DNA of 64,000 nucleotides from Tubulanus polymorphus (taxonomy: Eukaryota > Animalia > Nemertea): assembly GCF_964204645.1 (NCBI RefSeq), contig NC_134036.1:3720001-3784000 (forward strand). The letters are read 5' to 3'. Below are positions 28,331 through 39,392 of this stretch, piece by piece; positions within the stretch are counted from its first letter, which is position 1, and each line of letters begins with the position of its first letter. The notes beneath the pieces were generated by a model. That model searched no databases. It was not told where the DNA came from and was given only the letters and a program-made list of their open reading frames with translations. Made by a program: the position numbers and the translations under genes.

Positions 28331-29705
28331 AAGGGCCAGAGCAACACGATATGAATTCATTGATTGACGAACTGAGGTTTCAGGTTTGGAGCATCAAAAA
28401 AAAAGGAAAATTAAAGGGAATACGAAACTTCGACTTCAAATTTCCTAATTCTTCAAACGGGATGATTAAACAGTCATGGGCCCTTCGATTAATGGCCTAT
28501 GAATGAATGTTAAGGCTATACGCATTTGAAGCACGTATTCACGAGAAATGAATTTCGAGCACCCCCGGCCGGTTAGTAGGTACTCTTCTTCTTAAAAAAA
28601 ACTGATCAATCGTCCACGCTCCACATGAAAATGAACTACAAACTCAGCTGATCGTCCACGCTGCTGCACTTGTGCGTTCAGTGCTTCGCCCGGGGACATT
28701 TTCAATTGAAAATAAACTAACAACAAAATAAACTTAGTCGAAAGTAGGATTTTATTTTGCTAGAAATTCACGTAAGAACAAAATATACGATGAGAAGTCT
28801 ACGAAGATATGTTAAATTGATTTCAAACCACGCATTCAAAGCAAACATGAACAAATCGAAACGTTATCGGATAGCTCGCTGTGTTTCTACAGATATATTT
28901 TCCCCCCATTTACTATTAATTCGTCGTTAATTAGTCTTTTTCCGGAATAATATTACCCACGTAATTGGTTTTTAAAAATTGTTTATCGGAATATTGCGTT
29001 CATCTCCTCGAATCGTGCGTTAGTGCGTGTTCCTGTACGTACACCATCTGTAGGCGTCTCGGTAAGCGCGTAGGCTCAAACTGAAAATTCAAAATTGATG
29101 CGTCATAATGCATGTATCTGACAGTTGTTTTGTTTGAACAATTAACCGATTCGTATTCGTGCAATTCGCAGTACCTCCGAACCTCGTAAGTACGATGTCC
29201 GTGGCATAATGAAAAATCATCTGGTATTAATCGAATTTCGTGTTTAACCATTTGATATGAAAATAATTCGTTATTATTACCCCGATTCTAAATAACCCTA
29301 TAAGAAAATAAAGTACTGCTGGTATTCAATCGACCAACTTTTAGAAAATGGGGAACTCACTATGGACCGCATTGTACTAAGCGTGTATATTTACTATAGA
29401 AATGAATAGGAGATCGCATGAAATCTTGCGTCCATTACAAACCCACCACATCCGCCGGGAGCGAAACGGGGGGTTTGATTTTGAAATCGGAAATCGGCGG
29501 TCGAAATTACTGAATTGTTCGTTTAAATCGAAGTACGTAATCGGGAGTTTCGTATCAACGTGTTCCTCGCTAAGCGAATAATATCATAGGAAAATTCCAT
29601 GACAAGAAAATCCTGGAATTCGGAAATTCTTTTTCGTACGGAACGTGGTTCGATCGTGAATTATTTACCTATTCGGCGCCTAGCGCTTAAATTCACATCT
29701 CTTGA

Positions 29706-30737
29706 TTAACAGGTTCCGCACTTCTTTTTGCACATGACATTTCTGTGTTTTTGACTGTTGCAGCTCACATTAGCGCAAGCTGTATCGCCTATCTGGTTCT
29801 TGCAAGCACCTGTAAAACATACGTAAACAAACCATTGTATCGACCCGTATTTTGCGTACCTTTTATAGAACAAATGGTTCTTCTGGAAAACCTTAAAGGT
29901 TTTTTCTGTCGACGAGCCTTCCCGAGAGGTATACGGTATTACTGAATACCGGTTACCGAAACCGAAATTAGCCTGCGAATAAACCTCGTAATCAAACTTA
30001 CGTTTTGAAGCTTCAACTGTATCCATCATTCCTGCAATTTAAGAAACGAATTTGATATCGATTTCATCGATGCGTTAGAACCGCGTAATTTAAACAAAAC
30101 AATATCTGATTTAATTCCAGGCATAGGATCATGTGATTCGCAAATACGATCGACTATTTACGGTCGATTTATCCCAACCTAGCATATTTGGAAATTTCAA
30201 TGATTTTTACGATCATTTAAAGAGTTTCGCGATAGTTAAGATTTTCGAAAAATGTATGCCTCCACACTCGGGACATTTGTAGTCGAAAAACAAACACCAG
30301 GCATGAGACAAAAAGCTGACCGTCCACACTGCTGGATATAACGGTAAATGTTTGAATGATAATACACGCGTGAACATAAAGAAACTAACTTACGTTTGAC
30401 GAATTGGGCGAGAACATCTTCTTCCAAACCTAGCAAAAAGATGTACAAAAAAGCCTCATTAGATCATCGGTTATGGGGCTATAGAATAGAGTTTTCGAAA
30501 ACCGTGAAATTGTGATTATCAGCAAAAACTAATGACCATACAACGCCTTAAGTCCGCCTACGATTCCCGAACACGGTAGTGCATTTCCGTAATTCAAATA
30601 AAAAGTAAAGTAAAACGCCGCAATTAGGAAAAAAAACAGAACCTTTTTAATGTTAGAAATGATTACTACTTACTGATAGGTTGAGCGCAAACCAGCGCAA
30701 TCGTGGCCAACAGAACGACGACTTTCAGAGCGACCAT
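29706..30737 (-). CDS. ShK-toxin-like secreted peptide precursor A (77 aa)
   Basis: Exons 30737-30674, 30429-30394, 30031-30002 and 29809-29706; all introns are phase 1, GTAAGT...AG. Product: MVALKVVVLLATIALVCA-QPISLEEDVLAQFVKR-MMDTVEASKR-ACKNQIGDTACANVSCNSQKHRNVMCKKKCGTC. Cysteine spacing C-x8-C-x4-C-x9-C-x3-C-x2-C. Confidence 0.92.
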
Positions 30738-30794
30738 TTTGGTAGAATATTCGAATCGAAATCACTTGTTGACTGGTTCCAGATGTGTGTCTCG

Positions 30795-30802
30795 TTTATA
30801 TA
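30795..30802 (-). promoter_or_regulatory. Candidate TATA box of ShK-like gene A
   Basis: TATATAAA on the minus strand, about 58 nt upstream of the ATG at 30737. Confidence 0.5.
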
Positions 30803-31199
30803 GGGCCCGAACGTCGGTAACCTAGGAATCGTTCTAGTGTCTAAACGCCGACCAATTCGCGGAGGGCCGACCACTGAGCTCGGAATCCGATTCGTCAATC
30901 CAGCTATTAAGCGGATTACAATTTTACTTATTGCGTTTCCCACTGACCCGAGACGCGAAGTTCTTATAAAATCATTTTGTTGTCATGTGTGAATTCGAGG
31001 GCAGAATTATGAATGCGTGATTACTAGGGGCCGTATAGTGCATGCATATTAATATCTGTTCGTATTTTCAAATATATAATGATTTCCATGAGAGCTCGGA
31101 TTTTGGAAAGAACCTCGGCCTTCGAAGGAATTGTGTTTGTTTTTTTCAAATATTTCACTGGACTTTGAATTGTATCGGCGATTCCCACCGTAATGTCAC

Positions 31200-33040
31200 T
31201 GAGAATGAGAAGATCCTCATTAGTAACTAATCATAATTTTACTGAATCGTTGAAGTTATTGAGAATGAGAAGGTCGTCATTAGTAACTGATCCTAATTTT
31301 ACTGAATCGTTGAAGTTATTGAGAATGAGAAGGTCGTCATTAGTAACTGATCATAATTTTACTGAATTGTTGAAGTTACTGAGAATGAGAAGGTCGTCAT
31401 TAGTAACTAATCATAATTTTACTGAATTGTTGAAGTTACTGAGAATGAGAAGGTCGTCATTAGTAACTGATCATAATTTTACTGAATCGTTAAAGTTATT
31501 GAGAATGAGAAGGTCGTCATTAGTAACTGATCATAATTTTACTGAATTGTTGAAGTTACTGAGAATGAGAAGGTCGTCATAAGTTACAAATCATAATTTT
31601 ACTGAATCGTTGAATTCATCGAGAATGAGAATGGTCGTCATTAGTAACTAATCATAATTTTACTGAATCGTTGAAGTTATCGAGAATGAGAAGGTCGTCA
31701 TTAGTAACTGATCATAATTTTACTGAATTGTTGAAGTTATTGAAAATGAGAAGGTCGTCATTAGTAACTGATCATAATTTTACTGAATCGTTGAAGTTAT
31801 TGAGAATGAGAAGGTCGTCATAAGTAACTAACAATCATAATTTTACTGCATGGTTGAGGTTATTGAGAATGAGAAGGTCGTCATAAGTAACTAACAATCA
31901 TAATTTTACTGCATGGTTGAAGTTACTGAGAATGAGAAGGTCGTCATAAGTTACAAATCATAATTTTACTGAATCGTTGAATTCATCGAGAATGAGAATG
32001 GTCGTCATAAGTAACTAATCATAATTTTACTGAATCGTTGAAGTTATCGAGAATGAGAAGGTCGTCATTAGTAACTGATCATAATTTTACTGAATTGTTG
32101 AAGTTATTGAAAATGAGAAGGTCGTCATAAGTAACTAACAATCATAATTTTACTGCATGGTTGAGGTTATTGAGAATGAGAAGGTCGTCATAAGTAACTA
32201 ACAATCATAATTTTACTGCATGGTTGAAGTTACTGAGAATGAGAAGGTCGTCATAAGTTACAAATCATAATTTTACTGAATCGTTGAATTCATCGAGAAT
32301 GAGAATGGTCGTCATAAGTAACTAATCATAATTTTACTGAATCGTTGAAGTTATCGAGAATGAGAAGGTCGTCATTAGTAACTGATCATAATTTTACTGA
32401 ATTGTTGAAGTTATTGAAAATGAGAAGGTCGTCATAAGTAACTAACAATCATAATTTTACTGCATGGTTGAAGTTACTGAGAATGAGAAGGTCGTCATAA
32501 GTTACAAATCATAATTTTACTGAATCGTTGAATTCATCGAGAATGAGAATGGTCGTCATTAGTAACTAATCATAATTTTACTGAATCGTTGAAGTTATCG
32601 AGAATGAGAAGGTCGTCATTAGTAACTGATCATAATTTTACTGAATCGTTGAAGTTATTGAGAATGAGAAGGTCGTCATAAGTAACTAACAATCATAATT
32701 TTACTGCATGGTTGAGGTTATTGAGAATGAGAAGGTTTTCATTTAGTAACTAATCATAATTTTGCTGAATAGTTGATGTTATTGAGAATGAGAAGGTCGT
32801 CATTCAGCGCCCCTACAGGTAAAAATATGAGGACCCCAGAGCGGCAACAGGCATTTTCATGAACTATCTAATCTATAGATTGATGTATGTTGCCAACCAT
32901 TTACAAAAAAATGCCGTAATATTGTTTTCTAGAGGTCTATTACCCCATTGGCAGGCCGACTATTAGTAACTTATCATAAATTTTCTGAATCGATGAGGTT
33001 ATTGACAATGAGAAGGTCGTCATTAGTAACTAATCATAAA
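31200..33040. repeat. 60-bp satellite (about 27 copies plus degenerate tail) between ShK-like genes A and B
   Basis: Unit GAGAATGAGAAGGTCGTCATTAGTAACTGATCATAATTTTACTGAATCGTTGAAGTTATT, with 60/61/63-bp variants recurring in a higher-order pattern. More copies at 36040-36380. Confidence 0.97.
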
Positions 33041-33883
33041 TAAATCCGTCCTCGGTCGACTCAAAAAGCCATCGCGTAGGCTTCAGACGATTTCTAGGAA
33101 TGTAGTCGCAACGTTTTTGAATGAAAAATGAAAAACGAACACACAAATTTTAGAAATATATCCACAGCACCATTTTAATCGTTTTAACAAAATGAAACTA
33201 GAAACATTTATTTGCTAGTAACATACGGAAAGATGAAGGAAAGAAAGCCGGCAATTTCAAATATACGAAGGCGTTTTATTCTCGAAAAGGCAAATAGATA
33301 AACAATAATGACAATAAATATTCCATCAAACGTTTTAGATATCACTAAACAGTGACCGTATCATGTCCGTTGAAATCAGTTGAAAAGAAAAATAATAATA
33401 ATGACAATGATAATCAAATGAAATATCTGAATTATTCGAAGCCGGATGGTGGAATTTTCGTTAGCGCTCTTTCGAAGATTAGAGTCCAGGCTTCGCTTGT
33501 GTTCAGGACTAATCGAAAATGAAGTACAAACTTTTTTCGAAAAGTGATTTTCGTGGTGACTGTCTGAAGGGTGGGGGGGGGGGGTGGGTCAGGTAGCAGG
33601 CTGCAGTTTGATAAACGTTTCGGCGTTCATCAAAGGTCCATATACATCCATATATCCGATCAGTATATTAATAATAGGCCTAGAAATTAATAGAAATTCA
33701 TAATTTTTAGTGTCATTATAGTAAGCATAGTAACAACATCACTATAGTTTCAACATTTCCTTAGACTACAGTCAAAATCTGTTAATAACGCGACCATCGC
33801 GTTCAATGCCGCTAATCGCTCGACGCTGCGGTAACTTACCTAATCACCATCTGGATATACACTCGGGGTCATACTCTGCTTGT

Positions 33884-35372
33884 TTAGCAAGTTTTGCATT
33901 TCTTTTTGCACATGACGTTTCGGTGTTTTTGGCTGTGACATGTCACAATGGCACAAGCCGCGTCGCCTATTCGATTCGTGCAAGCACCTGGAAAACATTA
34001 AACAATATGACTACCCTTTACATGTCGCAAGACGCTGTACGAATTTGCGGGAAATAATTCTTTGGTCGGTGATAATCTGTCAGATTTAGTACAGAGCTGG
34101 CAACACTATTTCAGATTTTCGGTATTTGTTACTATTCTATTACGAGAAATACTGATTTGATTTGTGTTTGATGCATACAGAATTTGAAAGATGTTACTGA
34201 GCGTCTTACTGTTGATTACTGGTTAATTTGAATAGAAATATGAAAGATGTTACTGAGGGTCTTACTGTTGATTACTGATTAATTTGAACAGAAATATGAA
34301 AGATGTTGCTGAGGGTCTTACTGTTGATTACTGATTGATTTGAACAGAAATATGAAAGATGTTACTGAGGGTCTTACTGTTGATTACTGATTAATTTGAA
34401 CAGAAATATGAAAGATGTTACTGAGGATCTTACTGTTGATTACTGATTGATTTGAACAGAAATATGAAAGATGTTACTGAGGGTCTTACTGTTGATGACT
34501 GATTAATTTGAACAGAAATATGAAAGATGTTACTGAGGGTCTTACTGTTGATTACTGATTAATTGGAACAGATATGAAAGATTCGAACATTTTCTTTCAT
34601 ATTTCAATGAAATGTGATTGAGAAAAAAATTCAATTTTAACAACTGATAGCACATTTCAAAGGTTGGCAGCCCTGAACTTAGAAGCTACGGGATTTTTAT
34701 CTGATAATCTAATCGAATGTGATATAAGATTTGTGTTCGACCTTTTTTTAAGTGATATTTCGATCTAAAAATTGTATTGAAATTTCCGTAATTCAAATGA
34801 AATAAAAACGTCGCAATTTAGTTAAGCAGAACGTTGAAATATATAACTTACGTTTTGACGCTTCAACTCTGTCCATCTTGCCTGTAATTTAAGCAACGAA
34901 TTTATAACCACATTGTACACGCATTGAGTATCTGAAGGGGCCTGCAGCTGGAGACGGTTCAACGCGGTTGTGAGTTTGAGTTAACTCTCGAGTTAAAATC
35001 AGTTCATTTTCAATTTTTTAGCTCTAAACTCGAATTAACGAAAAGCAACGAGAACGGGAATGACTTACGTTTGAATAACGCGGCAAAAAGATCATCTTCC
35101 AAAGCTAGAAAAAGATTCGGGAAAATGAACGATCGTTTTCAACATCGATTCGACTATTATAGAATAGAGTTTTCGAGAAGAAAAACTGCTCGTTAAGAAG
35201 AATTCGTTGAGAATATTCGAATTCGAAGTTTCACGATTCGTGGATTTTTCGATTCAAAATTGAAATTGCAAATCGAATAGAATCATTCTTTCATCAGAAT
35301 TTACTTACTATTAGGCTGAGCGCAAACCAGCGCTATCGCGGCCAACAGAACGACGACTTTCATTGCGACCAT
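33884..35372 (-). CDS. ShK-toxin-like secreted peptide precursor B (77 aa)
   Basis: Exons 35372-35309, 35104-35069, 34881-34852 and 33987-33884, phase-1 GT-AG. Product: MVAMKVVVLLAAIALVCA-QPNTLEDDLFAALFKR-KMDRVEASKR-ACTNRIGDAACAIVTCHSQKHRNVMCKKKCKTC. Confidence 0.92.
34186..34581. repeat. 56-bp minisatellite (about 7 copies) in intron 3 of gene B
   Basis: Unit GAAAGATGTTACTGAGGGTCTTACTGTTGATTACTGATTAATTTGAACAGAAATAT (e.g. 34242, 34298). Confidence 0.95.
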
Positions 35373-36141
35373 TTTTCTAGAAATTCTATAAAGAAGAAAC
35401 TTTTTGGAATTCGATTTCCCGAATGAATGCGTAATAGAATGCGCAGGGTTGAGTCTCGCGTGTACGCAAATGAAGTTCGGCACCTGGACGACCGGTCCCG
35501 ATGTGACATTAACAAATCAATTTGCTACTTTCTACCATCCGAACTCGATCTTATAAAAAACACCTTGTTTACATTTTCTTTTTATGCCCCAGCACTTTTT
35601 GCTGTCCCATTTTTTACTGTTAGAAATCATAAATATCTATAGAATGCAAAGATTGAACTGATTTAAAAATAACTTCACTTACGCTACGTGATATTATAGT
35701 ATCCTTATTTGAACCGTAGGAACTCCGAATATTTAGCGAAACTTACTTGTTAGCTTTCGCCTGTTTCTACAGGCTTGATCACACTGATGATGTACGTGAT
35801 ATTGTAGAACTTTCTAAAGGTAATTTTCTATTGAATGAAAGGAATTAGGACACGTGCCTATTTTTAGCCGTAAGACTTTTTTGAAATGTAGATTTTGAAG
35901 TCTAATTTCTAGACGCTGTTAAGGAATGATTTTTGAAAAATTATTTCGCCACAGACTGACAATGAACTAATGAAAGAATTTTTTTTCTCGACGCTGTTTA
36001 AACTTGGTTGATTTTTTCATAGTTAAGAAGTTTTCGGTATCATAATTTTGCTGAATCGTTGAAGTTATCGCGAATGAGAAGGTCGTCATTTATAGTAACT
36101 AATCATAATTTTACTGAATCGTTGATGTAATTGAGAATAAG

Positions 36142-36255
36142 CAGGACCCAGTTCCACAGTTCTGAGTTAGAGTTAACTCCGAGTTAAGGTTAGTTCATTT
36201 TCAATGAGTTAACTCTGAGTCAAATCTGAACACAGAACTGTGGAACTGGGTCCTG
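36142..36255. mobile_element. ~115-bp MITE inserted into satellite units; multi-copy family
   Basis: Terminal inverted repeats CAGGACCCAGTTCCACAGTTCTG / CAGAACTGTGGAACTGGGTCCTG. Related copies at ~15125-15192, ~34950-35040, ~46840-46985, ~56915-57030, 58564-58677, ~60030-60140 and ~63445-63640. Confidence 0.85.
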
Positions 36256-36770
36256 GTCGTAATTAGTAACTGATCATAACTTTACTGAATCGTTGAAGTT
36301 ATTGAGAATGAGAAAGTCGTTATAAGCATCAGAATTTTACTGAATCGTTGAAGTTACCAAGAATGAGAAGTTCGTCATTAGTATATATTAGTATTAGAGG
36401 CACCGTGCCTCAGATCCGCACAACGGGAATGACTCGTAAACGGAAAGAGTAACAACCTGGTGATACTCACAACTTCTTTATCCGGTCGAATAGTTAGTGA
36501 TTCCTAAGGTGTTGTTCTCCCGTTCTGTATTTATTCGAATGTTATCAATAATTTGCAAAAGGACTTATAGATATATTTCAAATAATGGCTAAATAATCAA
36601 TTGCAGCAGTTCCGTCCCACGCACGGCTTCAGATAAACTGCGAAGGATTATATCATTTAGCGTTGGAATTATATTCAGATATTCGAATTCAATGTCGACT
36701 ACTCTCTGCCGCCGTGACGTCACGGTTCTTTGTCCGCGAATATCTGTGAATGTTTACCGGTGACAATCGG

Positions 36771-36960
36771 GCGGACCGGATGGCTTAGTCGGTCGGCGAC
36801 TAGCGTGTCACCGCTGTGGCCCAGGTTCGAGTCTCGGAGGAGGCGGGTCAGGATGTGGCAATTGATCTCCGGTAAGCGGGCGAGTCGAGAGTACTGTCCT
36901 CCCTGGAATGAGGTTGCTAATGCGTGAGTCCTACAGAATATCTGGCGTGGGGTAAATTAT
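36771..36960 (+). mobile_element. tRNA-derived SINE-like element
   Basis: Pol III A box TGGCTTAGTCGG and B box GGTTCGAGTCT at tRNA-like spacing, no proper acceptor stem, followed by a GC-richer body. The 3' end is approximate. Confidence 0.55.
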
Positions 36961-37896
36961 GTTTAATTCAGTCGTTTCTGGCTGAATTATTTATTTATCC
37001 CACAATGCCGGTCCAGGTTGCGGAGTAATTCCCCCAGGGACCTTCGACTTTTTTTTACAATATTAGTTTGTTATTTTAAGTTTAGTGATGAGGGTTTGAG
37101 AAATTTTTTTTGTTTGTCTTTTATTCCTCGAAGAAATTGAAGAAAATCGTAACAGGAATTCCGTAGATCTGTATAGATCCTATCAATCTCCGAGTTCATT
37201 TCTCAACTTCAGTATTTTTTTAACCTTGCCAGATTCAAGTCAGAGTAGATGCGTACGCGGCGATGTCTGGTGAACGTGTGTATAGAATCGGCTAAAAACC
37301 AATAGAGAATGACTCACTGGAGACCTGCCATACGCTCTACTACACAATAGTGCCGCTTGACTGCACAAACCCTACAGCTCAATTCTAGATTTCTGAAGCA
37401 AAATTCTTAAAACAGTAAGATTGGGTTTGTGATATAGTTAAAAAATAGACAAAATAGAGAGGAAATCTACTCTAAAAAATTTTCGGATTGTTTAGATGAA
37501 TTTTCAGCCTGAAACTTAAGGCTAGAATCGTCGCAATCGATATTTTATCGATAACAATATGTGTTTCTATGAATAGTCGGATTAAACTCGACGACCTGTA
37601 ATCTCCATAGAAAATGCGTGGCACGAATTGAATAGTTCTCGAGGATTAGCGTCACGGACTCGGGTCTGTCACAGGAATGCGCGATCGAGCCTTCTGATTG
37701 ATCCATTCCGGTCGCCTCGATGATGCAACGTCGCTGATTGGTCGACGTAGGTATTAGAAGCGCGGTTCGAGCCACCCGATGCCAGTTCGAGAACTGCTGT
37801 CCTGATGTGAAAGTCGAGCTTTAAGATCTCTCCAACAAGGCGTGAAGAACATGTGGCCTCAAGCGAACAACTTTGCTGCCGCTACTGCTGCTGTTG

Positions 37897-37948
<52 letters not shown>
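37897..37948. repeat. (CTGGTT)n microsatellite
   Basis: About 8-9 perfect hexamer copies. Confidence 0.95.
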
Positions 37949-37949
<1 letters not shown>

Positions 37950-38442
37950 CCTGATGATAGCGGAGGAGTTCCAAGAAACCTGACGATGAGCATAAACTGC
38001 TGATGCCGCTGCAGCTAGTACTGGATGAAGGATAACCAAGAGCTTTGCTGATGAGGGCGAGTTGTGTATCACATCGACACGCGTTTTGATGAGGTTTGTA
38101 TTTCACTAGACTTGGATGAGTTTCAAAATTTGTCTTGAACCAGTTCTAGTTAGAACTAACTTTGACGTGGTTCTATTTGAAAGACTTGTCCGAAATTCTA
38201 CGTTCGGAATCTTATTCTTCGTTTGAATGTTCATTTTTGGCTCTGTGTTAATTCCAATTTGTCTCTTGCTTTATTCGGTTTAAAAATATCTAAAAAATCT
38301 AGACTAAAAAATATCGAAATCACTAGGTAAAACCATTCGATTGACCTCGTCGGCCTTGATTGACATTCATTTTGTTTTATCTTTTAGAAGCAGTTTGCGG
38401 ACTTGCAGTGTCTGGTCTTTAACTTTGGCAGCATTTTCCGAA

Positions 38443-38930
38443 ACGCAGACTCTACTCCGACTACCATCTTCAAACCTCGAGACGCAGACTCTACTCCGAC
38501 TACCATCTTCAAACCTCGAGACGCAGACTCTACTCCGACTACCATCTTCAAACCTCGAGACGTAGACTCTACTCCGACTACCATCTTCAAACCTCGAGAC
38601 GCAGACTCTACTCCGACTCGAACCTCGAGACGTAGACTCTACTTAGACTACCATCTTCAAACCTCCAACTTCAAACCTCGAGACGTAGACTCTACTCCGA
38701 CTACCATCTTCAAACCTCGAGACGTAGACTCTACTCCGACTACCATCTTCAAACCTCGAGACGTAGACTCTACTCCGACTACCATCTTCAAACCTCGAGA
38801 CGTAGACTCTACTCCGACTACCATCTTCAAACCTCGAGACGCAGACTCTACTCCGACTACCATCTTCAAACTTCTGAGACGCAGACTCTACTCCGACCAC
38901 GATCTTCAACTTCGAGACGCAGACTCTAAC
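38443..38930. repeat. 39-bp minisatellite, about 12 copies
   Basis: Unit GACG(C/T)AGACTCTACTCCGACTACCATCTTCAAACCTCGA. Confidence 0.95.
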
Positions 38931-39328
38931 TTCAACTTCCTGTTTTGCCGCATGTTATAAAAAAGTAACGTAAATAAATAAGCGTAAATTAAATTGCTAG
39001 ACTTTATTGAAATCTCTTTGCCCGGAAAAAGGACTCTTCCGCTCACTCTCTTTTGTCTCGGGCCCTTTCCCCGGAAAGGACTCTTCCGCTCTCGACGCTA
39101 CACACTCGTTCAAAGGAAAGGACTCAACCGCTCTCAACTTCACACTTCAAAAAGGACAAAGTCAAAAAGGAAAGGACGACAAGATCGCAAAGAAACTACA
39201 AATCAAGACTTTTATTGAGGAAGAAACATCCGAAATTCACAAATTCAATTAACAATTTGTTTCAGTTTGTTTGCAAAAGTTAAATTCAACATTTTATTGA
39301 ATCTTTTAAAACCAATAAATAAAATTTT

Positions 39329-39392
39329 CGGGATTTGAACCACCAACCTTTCGGCTAGCGGCACAGCACCCTACCAACTACGCTATAGCGGC
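39329..39392 (-). mobile_element. tRNA-like head (SINE or tRNA pseudogene fragment)
   Basis: The minus strand reads GCCGCTATAGCGTAGTTGGTAGGG...GGTGGTTCAAATCCCG. A and B boxes are present, but the acceptor stem does not pair. Confidence 0.5.

Noticed and set aside
31200-32810. Regular 60-bp array resembling a CRISPR array; ORF 31193-31582
   Set aside because: No unique spacers and no cas genes, in a eukaryotic context. It is a satellite.
37821-38106. QN/RT-repeat ORFs
   Set aside because: Driven by the hexamer microsatellite, short, and with no recognisable domain.
38341-38960. Mucin-like repetitive ORF (DSTPTTIFKPR)n
   Set aside because: A 39-bp repeat open in several frames on both strands, with frame-breaking units and no signal peptide or supported splice sites.
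39329-39392. Functional tRNA gene
   Set aside because: A and B boxes are present but there is no acceptor-stem pairing; treated as a SINE-like head.
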